A stretch of 64,000 nucleotides of DNA from Takakia lepidozioides (Eukaryota > Plantae > Bryophyta): assembly GCA_030704615.1 (NCBI GenBank), contig CM060732.1, forward strand, positions 47,678,001 to 47,742,000, read 5' to 3'. Both the position numbers and the translations under genes were made by a program. Positions 1-12,653 of the stretch are shown here, one piece after another. Position 1 is the first letter of the stretch, and each line of letters opens with the position of its first letter. The notes beneath the pieces were generated by a model. It was not told the origin of the DNA. It did no database searches and saw only the letters and a list, made by a program, of their open reading frames with translations.

Positions 1-543
1 AAGTCACTACAACCACTACGAGTGCCTGGTTCCCAACCCACAGTCGATGTATATTACTAGTGAAGTAGTGCATTTAAAACCTCCAGGTGCATCTATCACT
101 TCAACACTCTAGTTGTCGACTTCACTTGCAAGTCGTAAAGGCAACCAACATTTATTGCGCCACGCGGTGTGGCCTTAGGCCTGCACGTGGCCACATCCAT
201 GATAGAGAACACGTGGCGTTTTGACGCATGGCCACGCGGCTGTATTTCCAGCATCGTCGTTGTGGGGAATCGCCCCCCCCCCATCAAAAGTCCACTTGGT
301 CGAGGTCCAAGATTCAGTCAACGCCGCGCACGGCGCTGCCACGTGGCCCCACCCCAAAAACAATTGAGCTGTAGTTGGCGGAACGACTGACCGAAACCAC
401 TCCGACCACATCATGACTGAAACGACTGGGCTGTCCGAAGAGACTAGTCTGTTGGCACTCTGAGTTGCCCAATCGTTTTTTGTCTGCAACGACTCACTTT
501 GTAGTCGTTTCGCCAGTCGTTAAATCGACGATTCCTTGTAGTG
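1..543. mobile_element. Right end of a CACTA (En/Spm)-type element, probably non-autonomous; left end likely outside the window
   Basis: Ends in ...GATTCCTTGTAGTG at 543 (reverse complement CACTACAAGGAATC), preceded by multiple subterminal AACGACT/AGTCGTT repeats (about 380-530). A CACTACAA at 5-12 lacks a matching 3-bp TSD. Confidence 0.55.
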
Positions 544-2837
544 GCTGTCGACGTTTTTCTGATTGATTTTTTACATTAGTGAGTGGTTTACATTCAATTT
601 TCAACCAAAACGACCTTATCATGACGCATACACATTGGGCATCCCCTCATGTCGTAGACTAGAGAGTGGCTTATAAACTTTGGGAAACAAACTATTCAAA
701 ACTCAAAAGAGGGAAGAAGCTACTCAGTGTAGTATTGGACTAACTTGGGGTAGCTTCCTCGATGTTTGCGCTACAATATCCGCGGTTTTTACCATGGTCT
801 ATATCATGGCGACATATTATCGTTTGGAAGGCCTTGGAGAGTCATAATGTAATTTCTTCTTCAGGTTTATAGGTATTTTGGAAGGTTGTTTTTTAGGGTT
901 GTCTTGAGGATGTGCTCTCCACGCCATTGCCATTGCCACTTACATGATATGTTGGAGTTGCCTTACAGTGCAGGGGTCACTTCTTGGTCACAGACCTTGT
1001 GGGAAATGCAGGTGAGAATGTTTGAAACAAATTATTCCAATTTTTGCAATTGAATAAGCTATTGCTGATTTGTGAGCTGTCCCTTTTTTGAGGAAAAAGA
1101 AAAAGAAAAAAGAAGCTAGGTGATGCCCAATCTACTATTGAACATTGAGTAGTGGGTGTCAAACATGTTTTTGGCCATGAAGAATAGCCAATTGAGAATG
1201 ATGTAACCGTTCATCCATCTTTGAAAACCCCATTGCACATTTTGACGGTTTATATCCTCACCATTTCACCAATTTCATTCACTGGTCATCTCAAAAACCT
1301 AGTCGGGATTCATCCTGATGACACTTGTACTTTACCTTACCTTATTTTACTTCTGGAATAACCGGCAGTTGTCATGACCCCAAAAAGCATGTTTGAAACC
1401 CACTAGTGAGCATTCAGCCTCACCTATTTTGGTGGTTATGCTTCCAGGATAGGCACAGCACTTTGACGTGGTTGTTGACTGTGAAGGGGCAGGTATACTT
1501 CACATATTGATCTGGGTTCCATGACCATGCGATGGAAATCTAATCAAGGCCTGTTTCTGATTCCATTACAGAGCTCAGCAGGTGTTGACTGAAAGAAATT
1601 CTATCCTTTCCCAAATAGTTGTACTAGCCTGCAGCATGCAAGGGGCTCCCAGTCACAAACTCATCAGGCCTCCTCTGGCAAGACTCTGGTCACCACGGAC
1701 TGTCCTATCATCATCAATATTGGAAGACCTTCCAACCACTTGTTACATATGCCATGACCCTCGAACAGATTGCACTCAATCTTGAGAATCTCTGATTCTC
1801 CTTTATGTAAATCCCAAACTTTGGTTCATGACTTGCAGAAACAATTCTTGCAGTTGCTATGAATTTCAATGACCAAGTCTGCACTCAAGACAGAAGCAGC
1901 TTGGATTGTTTTGCTCGCCCTCCCTCCTCCTGAAATTATTAGTATCTGAAGTTGTCCTGTACAGTGTAGGGTGAAAAAATACCACTGATTTTGGAGCCTG
2001 AGGAAGATTATGAGATGGCCATTCTTGCAGTGGTCGCAGTCCCAGCCATTAGTATCAGCCCGCCAAAAAGTTGGGATAGCGACAAAGAATAGGAAGAAAA
2101 AGGCTATTTTCCCAGTGATAAGTGGATGATAGGCAAGCCATCGTTTTTTACATGCAATCTCACAATAACCCACACTGAGTGCCTATGACAAGCACACACA
2201 GTAGACGTTGAATGCGTTACCATGGAACCATGAAGCTTGAATCCTTCCCTTGTCTACAAAACCATGACTAGTCACGTAACACCGAATATATAGGTTTCCC
2301 CAACCCCCACAGCTTGTACATCTAGTTATATGCATGATGCTGACTCAACACTGGAACCATACAGAAACCCAACAAACTGGCTTCCAGAAATAAAGACAAC
2401 CTCAATATAAGCATTTAAGATATAAGGTCTCACAAATAGCCATTAAGATGACTTGAGTCCTACAGAGTAGCTAAACAAACCATTCCTGTACCTTGTGTTG
2501 GAGTAAATTGGACATGGCCAGCTTTCACACCTGCCTAATAGGAGCTAGCTTGGAGATTTTTTGTTGAAAAAGAAAACCAGAAAACAGGGAAAGACAAGTA
2601 ATGGTGCTAAAAAACCCCTTCACATAAAACCTTGTGCAATAACCTGGTGAACTCGCAGTAGCCAAACTCACCAATAACATGCTCAACAGTCCAACAAAAG
2701 ACTTCATTTTAGTTTTCACCTAGCGAACACATCTGAGAAACAAGTTATTGGAGTGCAGCATAACCCGGTGTATGCAGTAGTACTGACATTTCAAAGAGGT
2801 CTTTCTGACTGGGCCATGCGTGCAAGTGCATCTCTAT

Positions 2838-4981
2838 TCACACTTTATCATCGTGGAACCACCAGCGAGTCTCCTTGGGAGACCTGCCATTCCGACAATT
2901 TCGAACGTATCGATCATCGTCCGGTGGTCTTGCCTGTTGGAAAAAGATTTAAGGCCATGAGAAACCCACTTAATGGGCAGTAGCAGGTGGTCAACCATAC
3001 GGCCCCACAGTGAACAGGGGTTACATCCCAGCATCTAGACAAGCAAACCATTAGATGTTACAGAGTACATATCATTCCTTTTGCACCAGGGAAACAACAT
3101 ACATTAGCCCAGACAGTGATGGTTGTGGATGGTAACCAAACAAGCAGAAAACGATGAAAGCTTAGGTTGCAGAAACTACAAACTCCAGTAGAATGATGAC
3201 AAAATACCTTGACTGTTGAACTGGACAGCATCGAGAGAATGCTGATGCAGATGGAACTGACAGTCATTGCTGGTGACCAGGAGTCATACAAGATATCTGT
3301 TCAAGCACATCAATAACAAGCACTAGAGGCTCAGAATAAGGAATGAACCTAATCGAACCTGGGCTCTGAATAACTCGTGCCTGTGTGTGTATACCCGCAA
3401 CTAGTCATAATGGCCCAACCACATGTATGCACAATTAACCCAGTGCAGTGCTCATATTGGACAATGGGTAGGTGCCCCAGAGACACACCTCAACTTTCAT
3501 AATTTATGAGGTCATTGCCTGCACTAGTTTGGAAAGCTGCTCTTGAAACTGCTAACACTCATGGAAACATCCTATCAGGGTACCCACACCAGCATGAAAT
3601 CAGAGGCACACAAAATTGATAAACTAGGCCAGCCTCCAAAAAGGTACACCTTAACAATGTTCAATTGGGGCACACAGTAAATGCAGATCTTGAATGAAGG
3701 CTAATTGAGGCACCATCATCCTTTTAGGAACACTGCCTACTATGCAACCACCTAAAACCTAGTCACCTGCTGGTGACGAACAACAGCAAAAAAGGTTATA
3801 CTGCAAGACATTGAAGCAGACAGGGTACATTGCAACCAGAAAAACACAGCACCTGTCAGATAACATATCGAAAAGGAAGACAGCATAGTAGTGGAAACAC
3901 ATACCGAGACAAATGTGCCCATTGCTGTAGATGTGAGGATGCTGCGGAGGTATTTGCATGAAAATAACCTGCGAGACGGAATATCAGCATTGTGTTTGAA
4001 GCACTGAGACAAGTGATTGTATGTACTTAATGTGGCAGAGCCTCCCCAGTTCAATTATCTAACAACTGACTGTCCACATCCCTCAAAGAGCAAGCTGACC
4101 TGCACATACTTCATACTCCAGACCGCATGTCATCCCTACCCTAAACATGTCTACTCCTGCGAGCAGACCTGCAATTCCTATTTCCCCACAAAGGAGACAA
4201 TGAAACATCTTCCCTGGCACAAGGAGCACATGGAGGTTGCGAAACAGCAATTAACCTAGTTGGTCTTCAACGTGAACTCAACCACAAGTACATCCATGAG
4301 TTGAATCCTCTTCCTACCTGAGGAGCTTCCATTGGGTAATGCTCAGGAAAATCAACTTGAAGATGGAACTGCTCTGCTTCGTACAGAGTGCCAGGGGCTC
4401 CATGTACCTCAATTATCCATCTGCCAACAGAGTACTTAGTTACTCTCAAACCTTTGACCTAAAACAAACCCTTGGCAATGTAAGCATACTACAGAGCATC
4501 CAGAATTCAACAGAACTTCCGACAAAGGCAAGGTTCAGGCCCCTTCATACCTTTGCAGATTATCTGTAACTTTGTGCTTGAATCCACAGGGGGGGTTTAG
4601 TTGCCACTCCGTCAACTCTTTCTGCAAGCGATTCGCAGCAATCCTACTGAGACTCTGCAAATCTCGTTCACATGTTTCGTCAGTTCACAGGAAGCGATCA
4701 CTCACAGGCCGAAGTTATCCCGAAGGATCTTCCACATGTTTCTGTCCAAATGCCGGGATCTCTTACCCTTCACTATGAGGAAATCCATAACCTAGCATCT
4801 CATGGATCTCCTCTATGAAACATCTTGAAACACATCGCTCTTCCTAGCAGACAACGAATGCGATCCTAAGCAAACCCAAATCCGTCAAAATTCAGTCCGG
4901 AGCTGTGGCAATCTAAGCATCGGCAAACAGGCCTGACCCATGTATGACCTTTTCTTTCTGGCCATATCCGGAGGAGCTCAT
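2838..4981 (-). CDS. UBE2W: Ubiquitin-conjugating enzyme E2, UBE2W / plant UBC15-18 group; 6 exons: 4981-4949, 4654-4551, 4420-4318, 3968-3905, 3296-3208, 2933-2838
   Basis: Spliced translation MSSSGYGQKEK-SLSRIAANRLQKELTEWQLNPP...[54 protein letters not shown]...SPKETRWWFHDDKV*. All introns are GT-AG with consistent phases. [12 protein letters not shown] active-site motif and the W(W)FHDD end are typical of UBE2W. Confidence 0.93.
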
Positions 4982-6763
4982 GGTAGCACTATTGAATTGC
5001 GCGGGGTATGGGCCACCAATTCCACTTCCGCTCTTCCTTCACCCTGCTACCTCCGATTCCACACTGGCAAGCAAGCTTCCGGGGTTTGATTAGATAAAGC
5101 ACAAGCAGGAATTGGGTGCCAGAGCACGTGGTATCTTCGATTGCAGATTCACATACATGGGTTGCTTCTGGTTCCCTTGCACAATATCCAGCCTGGGAAT
5201 TTGAGCCATGCCCTGCACAACATCACAATGCACTTTGACCGGTAGACTCCAGTTTACAGCCACGCTCTTCCTTCCCTTTTTTTGTGCTCTGCAAGTGCCC
5301 AGCTGTTGCCTCCCGGAAGGCCAGAGGCCACCACCCTTCCAAACCACTGTGCAGCTTGCCCGGGGCAGGATGGGCAGGAACCAAAACTGTTGGCCATCGC
5401 CTTTCATCTCCGGGCAGACAAGAAATACCCTGTAGGGCAACCCCCTGATCTTCGGATCAGCCTCGAACTTACCCACTCAGGAGTTACTGTTGGTAGTGTG
5501 GGGGGTTGTGGATGTGGGACTGCTTGCTTGGCTATGGCCGGAGGTTCCAGGGTTGGGCTTTCCTTGGTGAGGAAACTTGGTGAAGGGCTGCAATTGGGGT
5601 GTGTGTGCTGTGGTGGTGAAGGATCTTCCCAGCTTCTTCAAGAGGGTAAGCTTCCCCGCAGATGGGCAACAACTCAGAATTTGGAAGGGGGATCAAAGGT
5701 ATGTCTGCATCCAGGGTGAAGAACATTCCTCATCGGCCTTTGATTGAGAGAGGCCTTAGACTTTGTGGATAAACACATTTTGGATGTTTTTCTAGGACGC
5801 TCCTTCCGCACAGCAAAAGCATGGGGAAAACCAATCAGCCAGAACACAAACCTCACATCCAGAGAGAACAAGAGAGAATAAACTTGTGCAATCTGTGCTT
5901 AACTTGGAGAGAGAGAGAGGGCATGGCCTGATTTTTGAAGCAATTAACAAGCTTTGTTCTCGTCTGTCCCACCTGTCCAATTGCTCAGAATGTTCTATAA
6001 TCTGCAGCTGATTTGTTTGGTGAAATGACCTAGATCAACCTATGGATCACGCCATAAATGGAGTTGTGATTACTCATGTTCCAATGCGTACTTTGATCTG
6101 CTTAGAACTGCACCTAACCACTGTTGAGCCTGCTGTGATCCACTCTACACAAACCAAGTCCCACTCAGTCAGGATTGAAGATATGAAGGCTTCAGGTTAC
6201 TTGCTTGCTCTTTCCTCCTCCCTACCTTTCTTCCCAGTTTTCCTGCAGAGATTGGAGGGCCAAGATTCTTCTCTTTCCCATTGCAATAAGCAAGAGAAAT
6301 CTGAATTTGTAGCCATGCCGTGACACCAACATCCTAGAGAGAACCTCACTTTCTGGCTGGAGTGGCTGGCAACCCACCTGTGGACCCAATCCCTTGAAGC
6401 TGTGGACCTTCACATAGATCCAAAAGTGTTATGGAGCGAATACAGAGACTTTCATTTTGAGAAAAATCCGTTGCGCTTTAGGCAAGATCTGGCAAGTGTA
6501 AATTCCTCAGTATGTCATAGAATGCTTACATGATGCTTTATGAGCAAATGTGGTGCGTTTTGCAGCAAATACTTGGCCAACCAAGGCAGACTGCTCATCC
6601 AATAACCGTCAACTAATCCCCAAACTTTACTGACAGACTGTTTTGGTGCACATAGCAATGATACACCCAAACAGGTCTTTGCACTTCCCCATTGACCCTC
6701 CTTTCTCCTGATGATGCGGAGTCCACATACCTGAAGAATGCTGCTAAGAGGGGCACATCTTGA

Positions 6764-9700
6764 TTATTTGCAACGCAAGGTGCAGATATGGCTCCCAAAC
6801 TCAGAGATGATGTCGACCAAGCCACCATATCCAGCAACCGCTGTCATCTGCACCATATTATAAGAGTAAGGAACAAAGAGGGGAACTGGAAGGCTGTGAG
6901 TGAGAGGCACACAGATTGAGGCACTCAAAAGACGTGTCATTCCAAGAGATGCTGAATTTTAAGAGTTTTTCAAACTAGGGTTGCTGGAAATAGGTTGGCG
7001 CCTTGGGCGTCTCCTTTGGGCCAGGAAGGCTTTGTTTGATAAATTGCAAAGATTTACACCACCTGTACCACCACCAACATCAACGACCTAATCGCTGGCC
7101 CCACATAATTCTCTCTTCAGGACTTTACAGTCTATGGATGACCATTGTCCTCTGCTGCACATGCTTATACAGAGGATTCCGCCTCTCATCCCACAGGACC
7201 AAGCAATCAACAAAGAGATCGAGGTATCAATGTAAAATACAACAGGAATCAGCTGCCTTACTCCAGATGAATGAACAGCGACACTAAATGCAGACAGGGG
7301 TGCGCACACGACTTGAGAGAGTAGGCTTCCTCCAAAGCTCCATCGGGACAAGAGAGGTTGTGCTCCTACGGTCATAATCTGGTCCATCACACAGGAGCCA
7401 CCCCTCAAAGTGAACGAAAAAACAAATAAATTATTCATAGAATCACAAGTCCATGGCCCTTTGAAAGGATATAGTAAAATCGCTTTTCAGTCCAGATGGT
7501 CAGCATTTATGAAGCCATAGAATGGCAGCCATTTTGCACAAAAATTCGACAACACTTAGCCAACCCAGAAAGAACAAGGGGGCTTAGGCAAGCCACATAG
7601 GATGGGGCACCTGGTCATCGGCCACAGTGATTGCTTGAGGGGTTGCTAGCATGGAAATTCGAGTGACAGTATCCAGGACTGGTAGACTCCACAATGTCAC
7701 ACAGCCCCCTCCATTGCCACAAACCTACACCATTCCTACAATCATACTCATATTCGAGAATATCCTGCAGAACACTCCCTAGTAAATCAACTAGATAACA
7801 ATACATAACAATGCTCCCATTCACAAAAAATATTCCCTATTAAACCAGCAGAGAAGACACCCCTTAGTTTGTAAAGACTAACATTTACAGAGTCCCAATG
7901 TTTAAAGATCCACTGCCTGCATCTTTCACCTTCATCTATTATACAGCAATGGGGACTGCCATCAGCTACCCATCAAATTCCCAAACTGTTGTTTGCCTCC
8001 AAGAATTTACCAGCCAATTCTCACTTGCGTCCAGGGACAGACAACTGATCCATGGTAACTTCTTCTTAAACCTTTTGGTGACTTTCACGGCATTCCATGA
8101 GTCCAATGCTGCCACACACTCGCCGTTCCGGCAATCTATCTCCATACCAATAAAAGAACTGGGATTAAGAGAAAATGGATGGTTGTATGATCTCAACTGC
8201 AATATTTCTACTCAAGAATGATATTTTGTGCGTAAAGCCTTCAACAAAAACCAAGAGCTGTGCCTACAGAAGCCAACTGATTCTGTTAAGACCGCACATG
8301 CGACCTCCAAGATAAATGGTCAATGTCATCACATGTCTCTCATGAATGGAGTGTGCCTAGTCAGGACACTATGACTGTGGGGCACGGAAATAAGAGAAGG
8401 CATGCAAAACAGCAGGAAAATCCTTAGTTCCTAATATTACTTCTGCTCAACAAATACACGTGCTATACAAGCTGTGACATCAAAATCCACCAAAACCACT
8501 GACAATGTAATTGAGACTTTTTCGTTTGTGTTAGCATGGTTTACTACTGCCAGGTCACGTGAGCCAAAGAATGAAGAGTACCCCAGATTCGTACGGTCCC
8601 ATCTTCAGATCCAGTTACCACCTGCAAAAACAGAGAGGCCTCTCGACATGACATATATGGATTTGTTTGGCCTAGATGCAGTAACTCAGAATGCCACTCA
8701 CAATTGAAGGCACAACTGCTAGGTAGATCTCATGGTGTGCTTCTAAGCAAGAATCCCCAGGGTGGCACTTCTGTGGTCACCATGCCTTCCTATTGTCCCA
8801 CGACAACCTGCTTTAGGTGACCCTTATTTCCTAATTTCTTTGCCCACTGCCCTCAGCAAGCATGATATTGATGGCTAATAATGTATGAAGTCCAGGATAC
8901 CTGATTGTGGGATGGCCGGGAAGCTATACAGTGCAAATAACCGGAGTGGCCTTGAAATACCAGAGTGTTTTGGCCTGTTTCCTGCATTTGTTACAGACCA
9001 TTAATGCAAACTACAAAGATACCACCGACTAAGAGGACGTGGGAAGAATGGAGTAGAGTCCAACTGCCAAAAATCCTGTAGGCACAGGAAGATATGGTGG
9101 GAGAGGGACGTAAACACTAGGAGGGACAGAGAGACAGGACTGTGGGTCAATGTTAAACCATGAACTCAAGAAGTTCCTTCGGCTAACATTGATGAAGGAA
9201 TACAGGAGGGTGACAGGAGCCTGAGAGGTCACATACGACCATAAAAGACAAACACAAATTGCAGTGCAGATCCTATGAAGTATGAGAAAGCTCACCATGT
9301 CCCATGCATATGCACATCCATCACCAGCAGCAGAAAAGAGGCACCCACGCTGTTCCCCACCAGAAAACAAAACCCTGTCAAAATTATGAATGCAACATCG
9401 AAATTTGGCCACTAAGTGCTTCACGGCAAGAGCTACAAGCATGGGAATCTGAAAGCGTGCTTCATAATAAGAAAACACTTGCAGAAAATCATTAATCCTC
9501 CTCAAATGTTTGTAAACCACAAGCATTAATCCTAGTTTAGAGGGCAATCAAACAGTCATCCTTAGTTAATCTACACAGAAAAGCAATGTGCATGGCATGG
9601 CACCTGTGTATCTGCAGCAAGAGCATTGGTCTCTGGAATGGGAGACAGTGCACTCAGCCGGCCCCTGGCTTGCACACATGCACGGACAGCAAACCACTTA

Positions 9701-12034
9701 GCAAAAAGGACATTCCTTCCTTCACTTCAGCCAAAAATTTCAAAGCTACGCCTACTGAGAAACTGATAAAACAGCAGATTCAACTGTTCACTGGGACACA
9801 TCCAAATCCCATAAGTATCCTGGAGAAATACGAGAAAGAGAAAGACACAACAGATATTAAAAAACTACATCCAAATAGAAGGGGCAGTAGGTATTGAGAT
9901 CAGAGGGGAGTTTACCTTCGCTGAGGATTCCGGAAATCTAAGGCAGGTACCAGCTTTCTTGCTACAGATTTTCCAGCCACAATGCAAATTTAAATAACAA
10001 ATCAGCTCCACGAATGCAAAGAAGAGGCCATCTAAACTTGGGAAACTGAATCTGAGACTCATACTCCTGTTGAATATCTTAATACATACATCTAACACAA
10101 GTACCAAATGTGTATTTCATTTCCATGTGGCTGCTGCTCTCTTTTTGTCCTAGCATTTTTGGGGACAGAGAAAAAATAATGGAACCCCTTTTGGAACTGA
10201 TAAGCAAAATGGAGTGATCATGGACTCACGAAGGCACATCCTGGCATGGCAATAAAAGCCCAAGGGTGCTAAACTCCAACACGAAGAAGTCAAACAAAGT
10301 TCAACTCTAATCTATTAGTGTTTAAGTAGTACTATAGTGACTAACCTGATAAGTCTCTGCCGTGCAGGTTTTCCTCGATCTCATTCCAGCGCCAGCCTTG
10401 AATGCGTCCATCATCCCCACAACTGCACAACTAACAACTCCACATTTGTGCATAAGACTTCCTTTTTTTCACACATGTTTGTGTTCTTGTGTTGGTTGGC
10501 TACTCTATCTATCAGAAAGACTGTTGGAACCTCTATTCTATAAAGCTGACATCCATTGTCTGCATCAGTAGGAGTCAATAGGTTTCGACTGCAAATAGAG
10601 TCCTTGTGGATATATGTTTAGCCTACTGTAATGTTGCGTCCTCCTGGGGATTTCTGCTCCTCTCCCTCTACCAAACAATAAGAGGACATCCACAAACAGC
10701 TGCAAGTTACTGTACAGAGAGATTTGAACCTGAAGTGATAAGCATTTTTTTCCACTCCCAGATGGTTGCATTGACACCCACCTCAAAAGCAGAGCATCCC
10801 CATAAATGAGCAGGTCGTACGCTGGACCATTGTGTTTTCCGATGACAATCAAGGGCTCTGCAGCTGCTGGACTGCATTGTCATCCAATCCCGTCCCATTC
10901 CATGCCCTACCATCAACGCCGCCTCCTCAAGCATCACTGAAGCATTGCGCCACAATCGAAGCTGTGCCAGAATTGTTGGGAAAGAGTGGAAGCACTTGTA
11001 TATGATGGTACTATCTTTCATACCCAGACTATTAAGGAACTATGAAGGGACAGAATTTGTTCAGCAATGAGGACTTTAACCCTTGCATACATGCAGCAGA
11101 TAGCGTAGAATCTAACTGTCCATGCTTGAGTAAGGTGGAATGATTGCCGTTCAGAAGAGCTCAAACGCCAAGAGTTCGAAGGAAGGTAAAACTTGAAGTA
11201 GCCCCAAGTAGAAGGCTGACCTTTGTGGTTGGCTTTCATCTAACTTCAGCAGCTACACACCACCAACCACGATACACACTGTGTAGTTATATACACCAAG
11301 ATCTGCAACTAGTAATGTCGAACTTGCATTGGCACCCAAACCCAGAACACTCCTTATCTCATACGTACAGTTACATAGTGTTCATGCCCCATGCACCTGC
11401 TGTTCCACAGCTCTGGAATATTGTTGGGATGCAGCCCAACATGACTGTGAGAGAGCATAAAAAGGTCAAACTTTGCAGTCAACTGACGTAGGTGATGAGT
11501 TCAGAAAAAACCCAGAGGAAGGCAACCGTCACAAAACCCCAAGTCATAAGATGCAAGCATAACATTGATGCTCCAAGAAACAACGTCCATTCAGCTACTG
11601 CACCCTCTTAACTTGGCATTGATAAACAAGCATTCGGCACCCCAGCATTGAAGAACCACTTTGGTTTCACAGAGAATGAGGATCGAAGGGAGTTTCAGCT
11701 GTATGAAAAAATCACATCGTTGAAAGAGATTGGACCAGAAGTCGATATGATATGAGCAGTGGCAGTCAGACAAATAAGATGGACGCTAGAGCCGACAAGA
11801 GAACGAATACAAAGAAAACGAATTTCGGAGAAAAACAGCAGCACCAACCTGGGACGACGACGCGATCGAGAAGAGTGCCACGCTGCCATTGCTGGAAGCG
11901 GTGGCAACCATAGTCGGGATTGGGGAGGAGGAGGGTACAAACTCGGCAGCAAAGACGGTGCGAGAATAGACCTCTCTCTCCCCTGCAATCCCCGCCCGGT
12001 ACTCCTCTTCTCGCCATTCTCTGCAGTCTCCCAT
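6764..12034 (-). CDS. THOC6: THO complex subunit 6 (WD40; DWA1/THO6 homolog), about 13 exons
   Basis: Exon peptides MGDCREWREEEYRAGIAGEREVYSRTVF, HNGPAYDL, SCGDDGRIQGWRW, ALSPIPETNAL, LFSAAGDGCAYAWD, FQGHSGYLHCI, VTGSEDGTVRIWDCRNGEC, LDASENWL, IMTVGAQPLLSRW, AVAGYGGLVDIISEFGSHICTL match plant THO6 in order. Exon 2 boundaries are uncertain. Confidence 0.9.
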
Positions 12035-12653
12035 CTCTCTCGCCAGCTGCTCCCTCACCTCCTCCTTCCTGCCTGTACGATCAGACAGGAACAAGTCTGA
12101 CCTCGAGAAGAGGCTGCAAAATGATCAAACCCTAGTCCCACTTTCTTTTTTGTGGATGGATCATGGACCAGAAAAACAGTTTGTGATTCAAAAGCGACAA
12201 CACGTGGATGCCTTTGTACACAGAGGTACTGTCAGGCTCGAGAAAAGAACTATCACGTGATACACTCCCCCACGGCCCACATACGTAACGATCTGTACTA
12301 CAACAGACGTAACCAATCTGAGAGGCAAGCCCCACATGACCTGAGGGCGTTCTCACTTCTCTCACGCTTGGTCGGGATGTAACAGGAAGCTGGGTGTGTT
12401 GGATGTGGATGTGGCTGTTGTTGGGTAGAAATTATAAGTAGGGGCAGCTACTTCCGGAGCCCAATCGTGTGAAGCTTGGGGAAGTTTTACTGTAGTTCTT
12501 ACTCGGTGGTGGTATGGAAGTGGCTGCTCTTTTGCCGTCTTGTAGACCAGGAATATGGGGATCGGTGGCGTCGACTGCCCATTGCAATCAAGAAGATTGT
12601 GCTTGATGGGGAGAACTGTAGGGAGTACATAAGTTTACAAAGCAAAGGAGGAG
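12035..12653. promoter_or_regulatory. Short bidirectional promoter between THOC6 and the HAD gene
   Basis: Divergent ATGs about 620 bp apart; CACGTG (about 12201, 12254), GGCCCA site-II-like (about 12274) and CCAAT (about 12313) motifs. Confidence 0.55.
12381..12610 (+). repeat. Degenerate tandem duplicate of exon 1 / intron 1 start of the HAD gene
   Basis: CAGGAAGCTG..TTGGATGTG..ATAAGTAGGGGCAGCTACTTCCGGAGCCCAATCGTGTGAAGCTTGGG..GTTCTTACT aligns with 12671-12790 CAGGAAGCTG..TTGGATGTG..ATAAGCAGGAACAGCTGCCTCCGGAACCGCATCATGTGAAGCTTGGG..GTTCTTACT; the copy has stops and indels. Confidence 0.8.

Noticed and set aside
5-543. Complete 539-bp CACTA element using CACTACAA at position 5
   Set aside because: The TIR match is only 8 bp and the flanking trinucleotides (AGT vs GCT) differ.
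5090-5980. ORFs of 128-145 aa between UBC and THOC6
   Set aside because: No recognisable domain, and the other frames are interrupted; likely UTR or intergenic.
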